A stretch of 64,000 bases of DNA. It comes from Lachnospiraceae bacterium. Its GTDB lineage: Bacteria > Bacillota > Clostridia > Lachnospirales > Lachnospiraceae. The number at the start of each line of letters is the position of its first letter. The stretch's first letter is position 1. Shown here piece by piece: positions 45,682 through 55,919 of the stretch. The notes below the pieces were generated by a model. That model saw only the letters and a program-made list of their open reading frames with translations. It was not told the DNA's origin and searched no databases. The translations under genes were made by a program, and so were the position numbers. The DNA lies in assembly GCA_028692055.1 (NCBI GenBank), contig JAQUYA010000003.1, forward strand, positions 1,036-65,035, written 5' to 3'.

Positions 45682-47109
45682 ATGAAACAGGAAAATACAT
45701 GGAATTTATACAATGAGAAGCAATTAAAAGAAGTAGATAAATTTGCCGTTTCCTATATGAATTTTTTAAATGAAGGAAAAACGGAACGTGAGTGTGTAGA
45801 TGTAATTGTAAATGAAATAGAAAAAGATGGTTATCAGGAATTGGATAAGTTAATAAAGGAAAAAGGCACGCTGAAAGCAGGAGATAAGGTCTATGCAGTT
45901 TGCATGAACAAATCAGTTGCAATGTTTCATATCGGAAAAGAAGCAATGGAAAGTGGTATGAATATTTTAGGAGCACATATTGATTCTCCCAGACTGGACG
46001 TAAAACAAAATCCTTTGTATGAGGATAGTGGATTTGCGATGCTGGATACACATTACTATGGTGGAATTAAGAAATACCAATGGGTTACACTGCCGCTGGC
46101 AATCCATGGTGTAATTGTCAAAAAGGATGGAACTACCGTTATCGTAAATGTAGGAGAAAAGCATGATGACCCAGTATTTTTTATCTCTGATTTATTAATT
46201 CATCTGGCACAGGAGCAATTAGATAAAAAGGCATCAAAGGTAATTGAAGGAGAAGCACTTGATTTAATTATAGGAAGCAAACCGATTAAGTTTGAGGAAG
46301 CGGAAAAGCAAAGTGATTCTGACAATGACAGTAAGGGTGCAGCGAAGGACGCAGTAAAGAAAGGGATATTAGATATCTTAAAGGAACTTTATGATATAGA
46401 AGAAGATGATTTCTGCTCCGCAGAATTAGAGGTGGTTCCGGCCGGAAAAGCCAGAGAAGCAGGATTTGACAGAAGTATGATAATGGCATATGGACAGGAT
46501 GACAGAGTATGCGCGTATACATCTCTGGCAGCGATTCTGGAGGCAAAGGCACCAAAAAGAACAGCTTGCTGCCTGCTGGTGGACAAAGAGGAAATTGGAA
46601 GTGTAGGAGCTACGGGTATGCAATCCAGATTTTTCGAAAATACGGTTGCGGAAATATTGGATAGAATGGGCGAATACAGTGAATTAAAGCTTCGCAGATG
46701 TCTGGCAAATTCTGCAATGCTGTCTTCGGATGTAACAGCCGCTTTTGACCCAACCTATGCGTCCTGTTTTGATAAAAAGAATGTGGCTTATTTTGGTCAG
46801 GGCATGGTATTTAATAAGTTTACCGGTTCCAGAGGAAAGTCTGGTTCCAACGATGCAAATGCAGAGTACGTAGCACAGATTCGTGATATTATGGATAAGG
46901 AACATGTGAATTTTCAAACCTCTGAATTGGGTAAAGTAGATTTGGGTGGTGGTGGAACGATTGCTTATATTTTAGCACTATATGGAATGCGTGTAATTGA
47001 TTGCGGTGTTGCGGTGCTGAGTATGCATTCCCCATGGGAAGTAACCAGCAAGGTAGATGTATTTGAAACGAAAAGAGGCTATTCTGCATTTTTGGAAAAA
47101 GCTTTTTAA
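45682..47109 (+). CDS. M18 family aminopeptidase
   Basis: GAHIDSPRLD, YYGGIKKYQW, DKEEIGS and SMHSP motifs. The start is uncertain among ATGs at 45655, 45670 and 45682. Confidence 0.8.
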   Translation: MKQENTWNLYNEKQLKEVDKFAVSYMNFLNEGKTERECVDVIVNEIEKDGYQELDKLIKEKGTLKAGDKVYAVCMNKSVAMFHIGKEAMESGMNILGAHIDSPRLDVKQNPLYEDSGFAMLDTHYYGGIKKYQWVTLPLAIHGVIVKKDGTTVIVNVGEKHDDPVFFISDLLIHLAQEQLDKKASKVIEGEALDLIIGSKPIKFEEAEKQSDSDNDSKGAAKDAVKKGILDILKELYDIEEDDFCSAELEVVPAGKAREAGFDRSMIMAYGQDDRVCAYTSLAAILEAKAPKRTACCLLVDKEEIGSVGATGMQSRFFENTVAEILDRMGEYSELKLRRCLANSAMLSSDVTAAFDPTYASCFDKKNVAYFGQGMVFNKFTGSRGKSGSNDANAEYVAQIRDIMDKEHVNFQTSELGKVDLGGGGTIAYILALYGMRVIDCGVAVLSMHSPWEVTSKVDVFETKRGYSAFLEKAF

Positions 47110-47169
47110 CAGAATTATACAAATGAAGAATTTAGTAAAAAGAATAGTACGAGAGGCATAGATATTATT

Positions 47170-48219
47170 ATGGAAAGTATGAAAACATCTGATTTTTATT
47201 TTGATTTACCACAGGAATTAATAGCCCAGGATCCTTTAGAGGATCGTTCAAGTTCCCGCCTGCTTGCTTTAAATAAAAATACAGGAACGATAAAACACCA
47301 CCATTTTAGAGAAGTAATGCAATATCTGAATCCCGGTGATTGTCTGGTACTGAATGATACGAAGGTTATCCCAGCCAGACTAATCGGTGTGAAAGTGGAT
47401 ACCGGTGCACATGTAGAACTTCTTCTGTTAAAAAGAAGAGAAAATGATATTTGGGAGTCCCTTGTGAAGCCAGGGAAAAAAGCAAAGCCGGGTACTAAAT
47501 TAAGCTTCGGAGACGGGCTATTGACAGCAGAAGTGTTGGAAACCGTAGAAGAAGGGAATCGTCTTATCCAGTTTTCCTATGAAGGAATATTTGAAGAGGT
47601 GTTAGATAAATTAGGTGAAATGCCACTTCCGCCATATATTACGCATAAATTGCAGGATAAGAACAGATACCAAACGGTGTATGCAAAATACGAAGGAAGT
47701 GCAGCCGCACCAACAGCAGGACTTCACTTTACCAGAGAACTATTACAGGAAATAGAGAAAAAGGGTGTTTCATTAGCCTATGTTACCTTGCATGTGGGAT
47801 TAGGCACTTTTCGTCCGGTAAAGGTGGATAATGTACTGGAGCATCATATGCATTCGGAATATTATCAGGTATCACAGGAGGCCGCTGATAAAATCAATCA
47901 TGCTAAAGATACTGGACACCGTGTAATCTGCGTAGGAACTACAAGCTGCCGTACCATCGAAAGTGCTGCAGATGAAAATGGAAGATTGCAGGAGTGTTGT
48001 GATAATACAGAAATTTTCATCTATCCAGGTTATAAATTCAAGATTTTAGATGGATTAATTACCAACTTTCATTTGCCGGAGTCGACGCTTGTAATGCTTG
48101 TATCTGCGTTAGCCGGAAAGGAACAGGTATTACATGCTTATGAGGAAGCGATTAAAGAAAAATACAGATTCTTTTCTTTTGGTGATGCCATGATAATCGT
48201 TGACAATGTGGAAGAATAA
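47170..48219 (+). CDS. queA: tRNA preQ1(34) S-adenosylmethionine ribosyltransferase-isomerase
   Basis: [37 protein letters not shown] and VGTTSCR motifs. Confidence 0.95.
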   Translation: MESMKTSDFYFDLPQELIAQDPLEDRSSSRLLALNKNTGTIKHHHFREVMQYLNPGDCLVLNDTKVIPARLIGVKVDTGAHVELLLLKRRENDIWESLVKPGKKAKPGTKLSFGDGLLTAEVLETVEEGNRLIQFSYEGIFEEVLDKLGEMPLPPYITHKLQDKNRYQTVYAKYEGSAAAPTAGLHFTRELLQEIEKKGVSLAYVTLHVGLGTFRPVKVDNVLEHHMHSEYYQVSQEAADKINHAKDTGHRVICVGTTSCRTIESAADENGRLQECCDNTEIFIYPGYKFKILDGLITNFHLPESTLVMLVSALAGKEQVLHAYEEAIKEKYRFFSFGDAMIIVDNVEE

Positions 48220-48270
48220 TTATAAACTTAATATATACACGTTTAGTGGGGAAGCGCGAAAGGGGATATT

Positions 48271-48615
48271 ATGGTGGAAGACAGAAGAAAAACAAAGCGA
48301 CTTGATTTGGAATCATCACTTGTCATGAAACGATTAGATGGACAGGGCGAAGATGAAATTAGTATAAATGTAATTGATGTGTCAAAAAGGGGCATAGGCT
48401 TTACCTGCGATCAGCCATTACAAATTGGAGCACTTTATGAAGGTCACTTAACCATTTGGACCAAGGAAGTAATCAGTACTTTTATTGAGATTGTACGAAT
48501 TGAAAAGACAGATAGTACTTTTATCTATGGTGGTACATTTGTAGGTATGCCTGAACAGGAAGCTTGTAGAATTGCAATCTACGACGTTGTTCATACCATT
48601 GTGGATGGTAAATAA
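48271..48615 (+). CDS. Stand-alone PilZ domain protein (putative c-di-GMP receptor)
   Basis: RRKTKR (RxxxR) at the N-terminus and DVSKRGIG (DxSxxG), 114 aa. Confidence 0.65.
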   Translation: MVEDRRKTKRLDLESSLVMKRLDGQGEDEISINVIDVSKRGIGFTCDQPLQIGALYEGHLTIWTKEVISTFIEIVRIEKTDSTFIYGGTFVGMPEQEACRIAIYDVVHTIVDGK

Positions 48616-48636
48616 AGGGATATACTAATTATTTTA

Positions 48637-48712
48637 TAAAAAGTGGACTTAGCGGACAGAACATTTAATTTATATATAGAAAATGTTTTGTTCCATAAGT
48701 CCACTTTTTTGT
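48637..48712. terminator. Long bidirectional terminator hairpin
   Basis: AAAAAGTGGACTTA...TAAGTCCACTTTTTT outer stem plus inner GGACAGAACATTT/AAATGTTTTGTTCC pairing. Lies between convergent genes. Confidence 0.75.
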
Positions 48713-48748
48713 ATAGGCTCATAACTGCTTACCAGCAACGGTTCATAT

Positions 48749-50026
48749 TTAGCACGTGAGTGAATGCAGGTCGTTATAGAAATTTGGATAGGAGATACGG
48801 ACACATTCAGCCCCCAGAATTTGGGTTATGCCGGTTGCATTTAAAGCAGCGATTGCAAAAGACATAGCGATACGGTGATCCAGCTCACTGTCAATGACTG
48901 CACCCAGAAGTGGAAACCCACCCTGAATAATCATTCCATCGGGCGTACCAGTAATATTTGCACCCATGGCACGTAAGTTTTCAACCATGACATCAATACG
49001 ATTTGATTCCTTTACTTTTAATTCCGCCGCATCTTTAATGGTGGTCGTTCCAGAAGCAAAAGCTGCCATTACGGAAATGATGGGAATTTCGTCAATTAAG
49101 GTTGGGATAATACTTCCTTCGATGGTAATACCATGTAAATCACTGGAACGAATTAAGATATCCGCAGTGGATTCACCATTTTCTGTATTTGCATTTAAAT
49201 AAGTGATATTTCCACCCATGACTTCTGCAACTCTTAAAATACCATTTCTGGTAGGATTGATACCCACATTTTTAAGTAAGATTTCTGAATTTGGAGTAAT
49301 CAGACCAGCAGCAATGAAATAGGCTGCAGATGAAATATCACCAGGTACTACGATTTTCTGTCCTGTTAAGGCAGGCAGAGGCTGAATAGTAGCGGTAGTG
49401 TCGATAGTGGATACTTCTGCACCAAAGAAATTCAACATGATTTCGGAATGGTTTCGACTGATATACGGCTCCGTAACACTGGTTGGTGCATTCGCATAAA
49501 GACCAGCAAGAAGAATTGCAGACTTTACCTGTGCCGATGCAACCTTTGACTGATAATGCATACCATTCAATTTGGAACCCGTTATTCGCAGGGGCGCACA
49601 GTCATTTCCTTTCAGGCTCTCGATAGAAGCTCCCATAAGAGATAAAGGTTCGATAATACGTTTCATAGGACGTTTTTGTATAGAGGCATCTCCAGTTAAA
49701 GTGACATCGAAGTCCTGTGCCGCTAAAATGCCGGAAATAAGTCTGGTAGTAGTTCCGCTGTTACCGGCGTCCAGAGTAGTAGAAGGCGCTTTCAGACCAT
49801 GAAGTCCTTTTCCCTGTATTATGATTTTTTGGTCAGAAATATCTATTTCAATGCCTAATTTACGAAAACAATCTATCGTGGAAAGACAATCAGCACCCTG
49901 TAGAAAGTTTGTCACTTCAGTAATGCCTTGGGAAATGGAACCAAACATAACGGCGCGGTGTGAGATAGACTTGTCGCCGGGTATTTTCAATTCTCCTTTT
50001 AAAGAATGCACTTTTGTGAATTGCAT
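48749..50026 (-). CDS. aroA: 3-phosphoshikimate 1-carboxyvinyltransferase (EPSP synthase)
   Basis: PGDKSISHR, LDAGNSGTTTRL and DHRIAMSF motifs. Start set at ATG 50026 (MQFTKV) after GGAGG; the longer ORF-track form would overlap tyrA. Confidence 0.9.
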   Translation of the reverse strand: MQFTKVHSLKGELKIPGDKSISHRAVMFGSISQGITEVTNFLQGADCLSTIDCFRKLGIEIDISDQKIIIQGKGLHGLKAPSTTLDAGNSGTTTRLISGILAAQDFDVTLTGDASIQKRPMKRIIEPLSLMGASIESLKGNDCAPLRITGSKLNGMHYQSKVASAQVKSAILLAGLYANAPTSVTEPYISRNHSEIMLNFFGAEVSTIDTTATIQPLPALTGQKIVVPGDISSAAYFIAAGLITPNSEILLKNVGINPTRNGILRVAEVMGGNITYLNANTENGESTADILIRSSDLHGITIEGSIIPTLIDEIPIISVMAAFASGTTTIKDAAELKVKESNRIDVMVENLRAMGANITGTPDGMIIQGGFPLLGAVIDSELDHRIAMSFAIAALNATGITQILGAECVRISYPNFYNDLHSLTC

Positions 50027-50042
50027 AAAGTATTGTCCTCCG

Positions 50043-51158
50043 TTACTTTTTAAATATTTTATAGTTGTGTTTTTGAAGTGTGATGATTGCCTGCTGTAAA
50101 GATTCCTCATCATTGAAATCAATCCGAAGGGCACCTTCTTCGAATTCCCGGTTATTGATAATTCCAATATTACGTATATTTATCTGATGGGAAGCCAGTA
50201 TGGTGGCAATGGTGGCGATTACGCCAGTTACATCAGGAATATCCACATAAAGAGAAAAAATACGTTTAATTGGACCACGAGAAGCTTCCACAAAGGAATC
50301 ACGGTAGTTTCGGGCAGAATCAAAAAGAGCAAAAAGTGCATCTGCATCTTTGGTCTGAACCTCGATATTTATTTTTTGAAGGGAAGAAATGTATTTTTCT
50401 AATAAAGAGTGTATATGAGTTCCGTTTTCCAGACTGATTTGCTGCCACATCGTAGAGGAGGAAGAGGCAATGCGCGTGATGTCCTTGAATCCACCGGCAG
50501 CAATCATTTTCATAATGCCCTCTCTATTATCGGAAGCCTGTACCAGATTCACAAGGGAGGCGGCTATGATATGCGGCAGATGACTGACAGCAGCAGTTAC
50601 ATAGTCGTGTTCTTTGCAATCAAGAATAAGCGGAATAGCACCCAGCTTTGTTACCAAATCTTTATAGCTATTAACAGAAGCTTCTGGAACACTGTCCGTT
50701 GGGGTCAGGATATAATATGTGTTTTCGATAAGTCGGTCACTGGCATTTGCAAATCCTGTTTTTTCGCTTCCTGCCATAGGATGTCCACCGATAAAACAAT
50801 GTTCCAGTTGCAATTGGCGTATCTGTTCGTGAATATTTGTTTTTACACTGCCCACATCCGTTAAGATACAGTCAGCAGATAGATAATCACGGACGAATAA
50901 TAAATTCTGGTCATTAAAAGAAACCGGTGCACATAAAAAAAGAAAATCACAGGCTGTAAAAGTTTTGTCAATCTGAGGACTTATGATATCAATAACCCCT
51001 TCCTCTTTGGCAGAAGAAAGGGTATCCTGATTAATGTCATACGCAATAATGGTTGCGTTATTTTGAAACACTCGTTTGATAGACTTTGCAATAGAACCAC
51101 CAATTAAGCCTAATCCAATAAATCCAAAGCATGTTTTATTCTTAGCTGTCTGTGTCAT
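50043..51158 (-). CDS. tyrA: Prephenate dehydrogenase with C-terminal ACT domain
   Basis: GFIGLGLIGGS Rossmann motif, GGHPMAGSE catalytic motif and an ACT-like tail. Confidence 0.85.
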   Translation of the reverse strand: MTQTAKNKTCFGFIGLGLIGGSIAKSIKRVFQNNATIIAYDINQDTLSSAKEEGVIDIISPQIDKTFTACDFLFLCAPVSFNDQNLLFVRDYLSADCILTDVGSVKTNIHEQIRQLQLEHCFIGGHPMAGSEKTGFANASDRLIENTYYILTPTDSVPEASVNSYKDLVTKLGAIPLILDCKEHDYVTAAVSHLPHIIAASLVNLVQASDNREGIMKMIAAGGFKDITRIASSSSTMWQQISLENGTHIHSLLEKYISSLQKINIEVQTKDADALFALFDSARNYRDSFVEASRGPIKRIFSLYVDIPDVTGVIATIATILASHQINIRNIGIINNREFEEGALRIDFNDEESLQQAIITLQKHNYKIFKK

Positions 51159-51230
51159 AATTTCTCCATGAAATGCAGATACAAATTTGCATTTATAATA
51201 ATTTTATATATAGAAAAGCAGTTTTTCAGA

Positions 51231-52244
51231 CTAAAATTTACGTCCAACCAAATCTGCAAAAGGATGTAGTTCTTTACATAACTGGTTAAATCTCTTAAAG
51301 GTTAAGGATTGAGGCCCATCAGAGAGGGCGTTGGCAGGGTCATTATGGACCTCAATCATGAGTCCGTCTGCACCACAGGCTACGGCGGCTTTTGCCATAG
51401 ATGGTACGTATTTATAGGAACCGGTGGAGTGAGATGGGTCCACAATAACCGGCAAATGCGTTTTCTCCTTCAAAACAGGAACTGCACTAATGTCAAGGGT
51501 GTTACGAGTGGCTGTTTCATAGGTACGAATACCTCTTTCACATAATACTACATTTGGATTGCCCTCTGCAATGATATATTCAGCAGCATTTAACCATTCA
51601 TCGATGGTTGCACACAAACCGCGTTTCAACAAAACAGGAAGACCGGACTTGCCGGCTTCTTTTAATAAGTAGAAGTTTTGCATATTGCGGGCACCGATTT
51701 GTATCATATCTACATATTTAACAGCGGCGTTAATGGCATCCAGACTAACTACCTCACATATGGTAGAAAGACCGGTTTCTGCTTTGGCCTCCTGCATGTA
51801 GCGGAGTCCTTCCTCTTCTAATCCCTGGAATGCATATGGAGAGGTTCTAGGCTTATAAGCACCGCCACGCAGAATGTTTGCACCGCCTGCAAGGGCAGCA
51901 TGGGCAATGCTTAATAATTGTTGTTCTGTTTCAACGGCACATGGACCTGCCATAATGGTAAGGTTGTTGGATCCGATTTCAGTATTGCCTACTTTAATAA
52001 TAGATGGTTCCGGATGAAATTGCTTATTTGTTAATTTATAGCTTTCTGTAACAGGTACAATTTTCTGAACATCTTTATAACTCATGATACTGTCTTGGGA
52101 AAGCTTGGTTTTATCACCAACCACACCTATGATTGTGACTTCAGTGCCCTCTGAAAGATGAGCCTGCAATCCTTTTCCTTCAATGTAATTTGTTATGGCA
52201 TTTACACTTTCTTTTGCCGCATTTGGTTTCATTACGATAATCAT
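51231..52244 (-). CDS. aroF: 3-deoxy-7-phosphoheptulonate (DAHP) synthase, type I-beta with N-terminal ferredoxin-like regulatory domain
   Basis: MIIVMKP...regulatory domain followed by a KDO8PS-like barrel (GPCAVE, LRGGAYKPRTSPY, DPSH). Confidence 0.85.
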   Translation of the reverse strand: MIIVMKPNAAKESVNAITNYIEGKGLQAHLSEGTEVTIIGVVGDKTKLSQDSIMSYKDVQKIVPVTESYKLTNKQFHPEPSIIKVGNTEIGSNNLTIMAGPCAVETEQQLLSIAHAALAGGANILRGGAYKPRTSPYAFQGLEEEGLRYMQEAKAETGLSTICEVVSLDAINAAVKYVDMIQIGARNMQNFYLLKEAGKSGLPVLLKRGLCATIDEWLNAAEYIIAEGNPNVVLCERGIRTYETATRNTLDISAVPVLKEKTHLPVIVDPSHSTGSYKYVPSMAKAAVACGADGLMIEVHNDPANALSDGPQSLTFKRFNQLCKELHPFADLVGRKF

Positions 52245-52341
52245 TTTATTTTCCTCCGTGGATATAAATATATGAGTTGAATAAGTAGGTATTCAACAGT
52301 ATTATGCTGATGTGATATAGTTTAATCATTACAACAAAGAT

Positions 52342-52370
52342 AATATAGCACTTTAAAGTGCGAAAGTCAA
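52342..52370 (-). promoter_or_regulatory. Promoter of the aroF-tyrA-aroA operon with a perfect 14-bp palindrome filling the spacer
   Basis: Minus strand reads TTGACT, 17-nt spacer, TATATT. The spacer contains GCACTTTAAAGTGC (52348-52361). Confidence 0.5.
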
Positions 52371-52485
52371 CATATAATGTATTGTATTTTATAAAGCGCA
52401 TCCTTGAAATAAATACCATAATATGGTATAAACAACAGGGAGTTCTCACAAAGGTGCAGATTAAGAGAAAGGCATAGATTATATT

Positions 52486-53520
52486 ATGAAGAAATTAGTA
52501 TTTAAATGGATAAAAACAATGGCAGCGGTTGGCTTATGTGTAGTATGTATTTCTATTTCAGCTATGGCAGCGGAACCAAATATAGATATAAGTACGGTAG
52601 ATCCGGCATGGATGAATCAACAGTTGGTGCTGACAGTAGATGGTGCAGCATGGGCATTAGGGGTAAATACACTGGCAGATACCACTTCTCTGGATATCTT
52701 CTTAAATGGTATTAACACACAGTTAGCGGCACAGGTTTATGAGGTTCCGGACACAAACGGAAATGTACAGAAGCTTTACTACCAGCTGAATGATGATTTT
52801 AGAACATGGCTGATTAGCGGTCTACAGGCGAGACTGGCACAGAATACAGATATTTCTACTATTACGGTCAATCTTATGGAAAACCATCTAAAGATTGTAA
52901 ATGTGAATACAGGGCTAAATCTGACAGGATACCTTCAGGTGGGGGGATGCGAAACGAGCTATGAAGGAAGTTCTAAAAACCGTTGTAACAATGTGGAAAT
53001 AGCAACGGCACGTTTTAACAATTTTGTAGTGGAACCTGGAATGGTAGTATCTGTCAGCAATACGATACTTTCCCGTACCAGAGCAAATGGATATTTAGAG
53101 GCAGGTGCTTACGAAAATGGAGAAACAGTACCAGCGGTTGGCGGTGGAATCTGCCAGGTATCCTCAACTATTTATAATGCGGTTATGAATGCAGGGCTTA
53201 CCGTTATTGAAAGACATCCTCACAGCATGCCGGTTCATTATTTGCCATTGGGCCAGGATGCTGTGATTTCAGAGGGTGCCATGGATATGCAGTTTCGAAA
53301 TGATTATAATACACCGGTTGTAATACAGACGAAGACAGCAGACCATAAGCTTACCGTACTGATCTATGTAAATGCGGAATCTTTGCAAGGCAGAAGCTAT
53401 AAATTCTGGTCAGAAAAGACCAGCTCCTTATCAGCAACTTCCTATCTTACAACTTATATAAATGGAGTAGAAGCACAAACAGTAAAGGTGGCAAATTCAA
53501 AGTATAAACCGCATAATTAA
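52486..53520 (+). CDS. VanW family protein (secreted)
   Basis: Signal peptide and the VanW core (GGGICQVSSTIYNAVMNAGL...ERHPHS). Confidence 0.8.
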   Translation: MKKLVFKWIKTMAAVGLCVVCISISAMAAEPNIDISTVDPAWMNQQLVLTVDGAAWALGVNTLADTTSLDIFLNGINTQLAAQVYEVPDTNGNVQKLYYQLNDDFRTWLISGLQARLAQNTDISTITVNLMENHLKIVNVNTGLNLTGYLQVGGCETSYEGSSKNRCNNVEIATARFNNFVVEPGMVVSVSNTILSRTRANGYLEAGAYENGETVPAVGGGICQVSSTIYNAVMNAGLTVIERHPHSMPVHYLPLGQDAVISEGAMDMQFRNDYNTPVVIQTKTADHKLTVLIYVNAESLQGRSYKFWSEKTSSLSATSYLTTYINGVEAQTVKVANSKYKPHN

Positions 53521-53542
53521 AACAAAATAAGCAGATAACTAA

Positions 53543-53571
53543 ATGCCACTCTGAAAAGAGTGGTATTTTTG
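53543..53571 (+). terminator. Rho-independent terminator
   Basis: CCACTCT-GAAA-AGAGTGG stem followed by a T-run. Confidence 0.7.
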
Positions 53572-53707
53572 TGCAAAACATTCACAAATACTTGTAAAAT
53601 ACAATATAATTTAGTAAAATATACACATGGATAATTGACTCGGGGAAATAAATAATACAAAATGTGTCAAAACATCTAAATAATTGCATAAAGTGGAGGA
53701 AATTGAT

Positions 53708-55798
53708 ATGAATGTTTACACAACGGATAAGATTCGGAATGTTGTTTTGCTCGGGCATGGTGGCTGCGGAAAGACTAGTTTAGTTGAAGCGATGGCATAT
53801 ATGTCTGGTCTCACGTCAAGACTTGGTAAAGTTACAGATGGTAATACGATTAGTGATTATGGCAAAGAAGAACAGTTGAGAAAATTTTCGATTAGTACCT
53901 CCATTGTACCGATTGAGTGGGAAGGTGTAAAAATCAATATTTTAGATACACCGGGTTTCTTTGATTTTGTAGGAGAAGTGGAAGAAGCAGTTAGTGCAGC
54001 GGATGCTGCGATTATTGTTGTATCTGGAAAAGCAGGCGTAGAGGTTGGCACACAGAAAGCCTGGGATATTTGTGAAAAATATAAATTACCAAGAATGATA
54101 TTTGTTACAGAAATGGATGTGGATAATGCATCTTACCGACAGGTTATTGAAGATATGACCAATCTGTATGGCAAACGTATGGCACCTTTCCATCTTCCAA
54201 TCAGAGAGAATGAAAAGTTTGTGGGATACATAAATGTAATACAGGAAAAAGGATTTCGATGGGTAGGTAAGGAAGTAGAAGAATGTGAAATACCGGAATA
54301 CAACAAAGCGAATCTGCAGTTATGCCGCGATACTTTGATGGAAGCAGTAGCGGAAACAAGTGAAGAAATGATGGACCGCTATTTTTCTGGAGAGACATTT
54401 TCGGAAGCAGAGTTACGTTCTGCATTAAGAGTGAATGTAAATGATGGAAGCGTCGTACCGATGCTGGTGGGTTCCAATATTTTAATGCAGGGTGTATATA
54501 CCCTGCTGGATGACATTGTGAAATATATGCCAAGTCCGGAAAACAGAGAACTAGTGGGCGTCAACATGAAGACCAATGAAATTTTTGAGGCAAATTACGA
54601 TTTTTCAAAGGCAAAATCAGCCTATGTATTTAAGACAATCGTAGACCCGTTTATCGGAAAATATTCTTTGATAAAGATTTGCTCTGGTGTATTCAAACAG
54701 GATGATGTCATTTACAATCAGGATAAAGATGTAGAAGAAAAGATTAATAAATTATATGTATTGCAGGGTAATAAGCCGATTGAGGTAAAAGAACTGCATG
54801 CAGGAGATATTGGTGCTCTTGCAAAATTAACCGCAGCTAGAACCGGAAATACCTTATCGACAAAAGCGGCAACGATTCAATATGGAAAGACCGAAATATC
54901 AGTACCATATACAAGTATGCGTTATAAAGCAAAGAATAAGGCAGATATTGATAAGATTTCACAATCGTTACAAAAGCTGACCCATGAAGACCAGACATTA
55001 AAAGTAGTAAGTGATGCTGAAAACAGACAATCCCTGTTGTTTGGAATGGGAGACCAGCATCTGGAGATTATCAGCAGCCGGTTAAAAAATGAATACAATG
55101 TAGAAATCGAATTATCAAAACCAAAGGTTGCTTTCCGTGAAACAATTAAGAAAACTTCGGATGTTGAGTCTAAATTTAAAAAACAATCCGGTGGACATGG
55201 ACAGTATGGTCATGTAAAAATGCGCTTTGAACCATCCGGCAATTTGGAGGAGCCGTATGAATTTACCCAGGAAGTAGTAGGAGGTGCTGTACCAAAGAAC
55301 TTCTTCCCGGCCGTGGATAAAGGAATGGCGGAGTCCGTGGTAAAGGGACCTTTAGCAGCGTATCCGGTAGTGGGTGTGAGAGGAATTTTGTACGATGGTT
55401 CTTACCATCCGGTAGATTCCTCGGAACAGGCATTTAGGATGGCAACAATACAGGCCTTTAAGAAAGGATTTATGGAAGCAAGCCCTATTTTGTTAGAGCC
55501 GATTGCCACGATTAAGGTAACGGTTCCAGATAAGTATACCGGTGATGTGATGGGAGACTTGAATAAACGCCGCGGCCGTGTTTTGGGTATGAATCCAGTT
55601 GGTAATGGAAAGCAGACCATAGAAGCAGATATACCGATGTCGGGTTTATATGGATACTGTACCACGCTTCGCTCCCTGACCGGAGGCTGTGGAACGTACG
55701 AATACCAATTTAACCGTTATGAACAGGCACCATCGGATATTCAGGAGAAAGAAGTGACAGCAAGAGCAAATAAGGTTGCTGAGGCAAATGAAGAATAG
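53708..55798 (+). CDS. Elongation factor G paralogue (EF-G2-like translational GTPase)
   Basis: GTPase motifs GHGGCGKT and DTPGFFDF, and the five-domain length (696 aa). It is not in the str operon context, so it is probably a paralogue. Start set at ATG 53708 after GGAGG. Confidence 0.8.
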   Translation: MNVYTTDKIRNVVLLGHGGCGKTSLVEAMAYMSGLTSRLGKVTDGNTISDYGKEEQLRKFSISTSIVPIEWEGVKINILDTPGFFDFVGEVEEAVSAADAAIIVVSGKAGVEVGTQKAWDICEKYKLPRMIFVTEMDVDNASYRQVIEDMTNLYGKRMAPFHLPIRENEKFVGYINVIQEKGFRWVGKEVEECEIPEYNKANLQLCRDTLMEAVAETSEEMMDRYFSGETFSEAELRSALRVNVNDGSVVPMLVGSNILMQGVYTLLDDIVKYMPSPENRELVGVNMKTNEIFEANYDFSKAKSAYVFKTIVDPFIGKYSLIKICSGVFKQDDVIYNQDKDVEEKINKLYVLQGNKPIEVKELHAGDIGALAKLTAARTGNTLSTKAATIQYGKTEISVPYTSMRYKAKNKADIDKISQSLQKLTHEDQTLKVVSDAENRQSLLFGMGDQHLEIISSRLKNEYNVEIELSKPKVAFRETIKKTSDVESKFKKQSGGHGQYGHVKMRFEPSGNLEEPYEFTQEVVGGAVPKNFFPAVDKGMAESVVKGPLAAYPVVGVRGILYDGSYHPVDSSEQAFRMATIQAFKKGFMEASPILLEPIATIKVTVPDKYTGDVMGDLNKRRGRVLGMNPVGNGKQTIEADIPMSGLYGYCTTLRSLTGGCGTYEYQFNRYEQAPSDIQEKEVTARANKVAEANEE

Positions 55799-55919
55799 GG
55801 AGATAGTTTCATAAAAATTTAATTTGAATAGGGCCTCTCAATGTGTTAGGATTTAAGAATATATTACAATTCATTTGGCAAAATATGAATTGAGATAACA
55901 CACGGGGAGGTTCTTTTAT

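Noticed and set aside
52246-52449. 67-aa minus-strand ORF directly upstream of the DAHP synthase gene.
   Set aside because: It occupies the AT-rich promoter and 5' UTR region and has an implausible Ile/Tyr/Phe/Asn-rich composition and no RBS. It is a non-coding leader.
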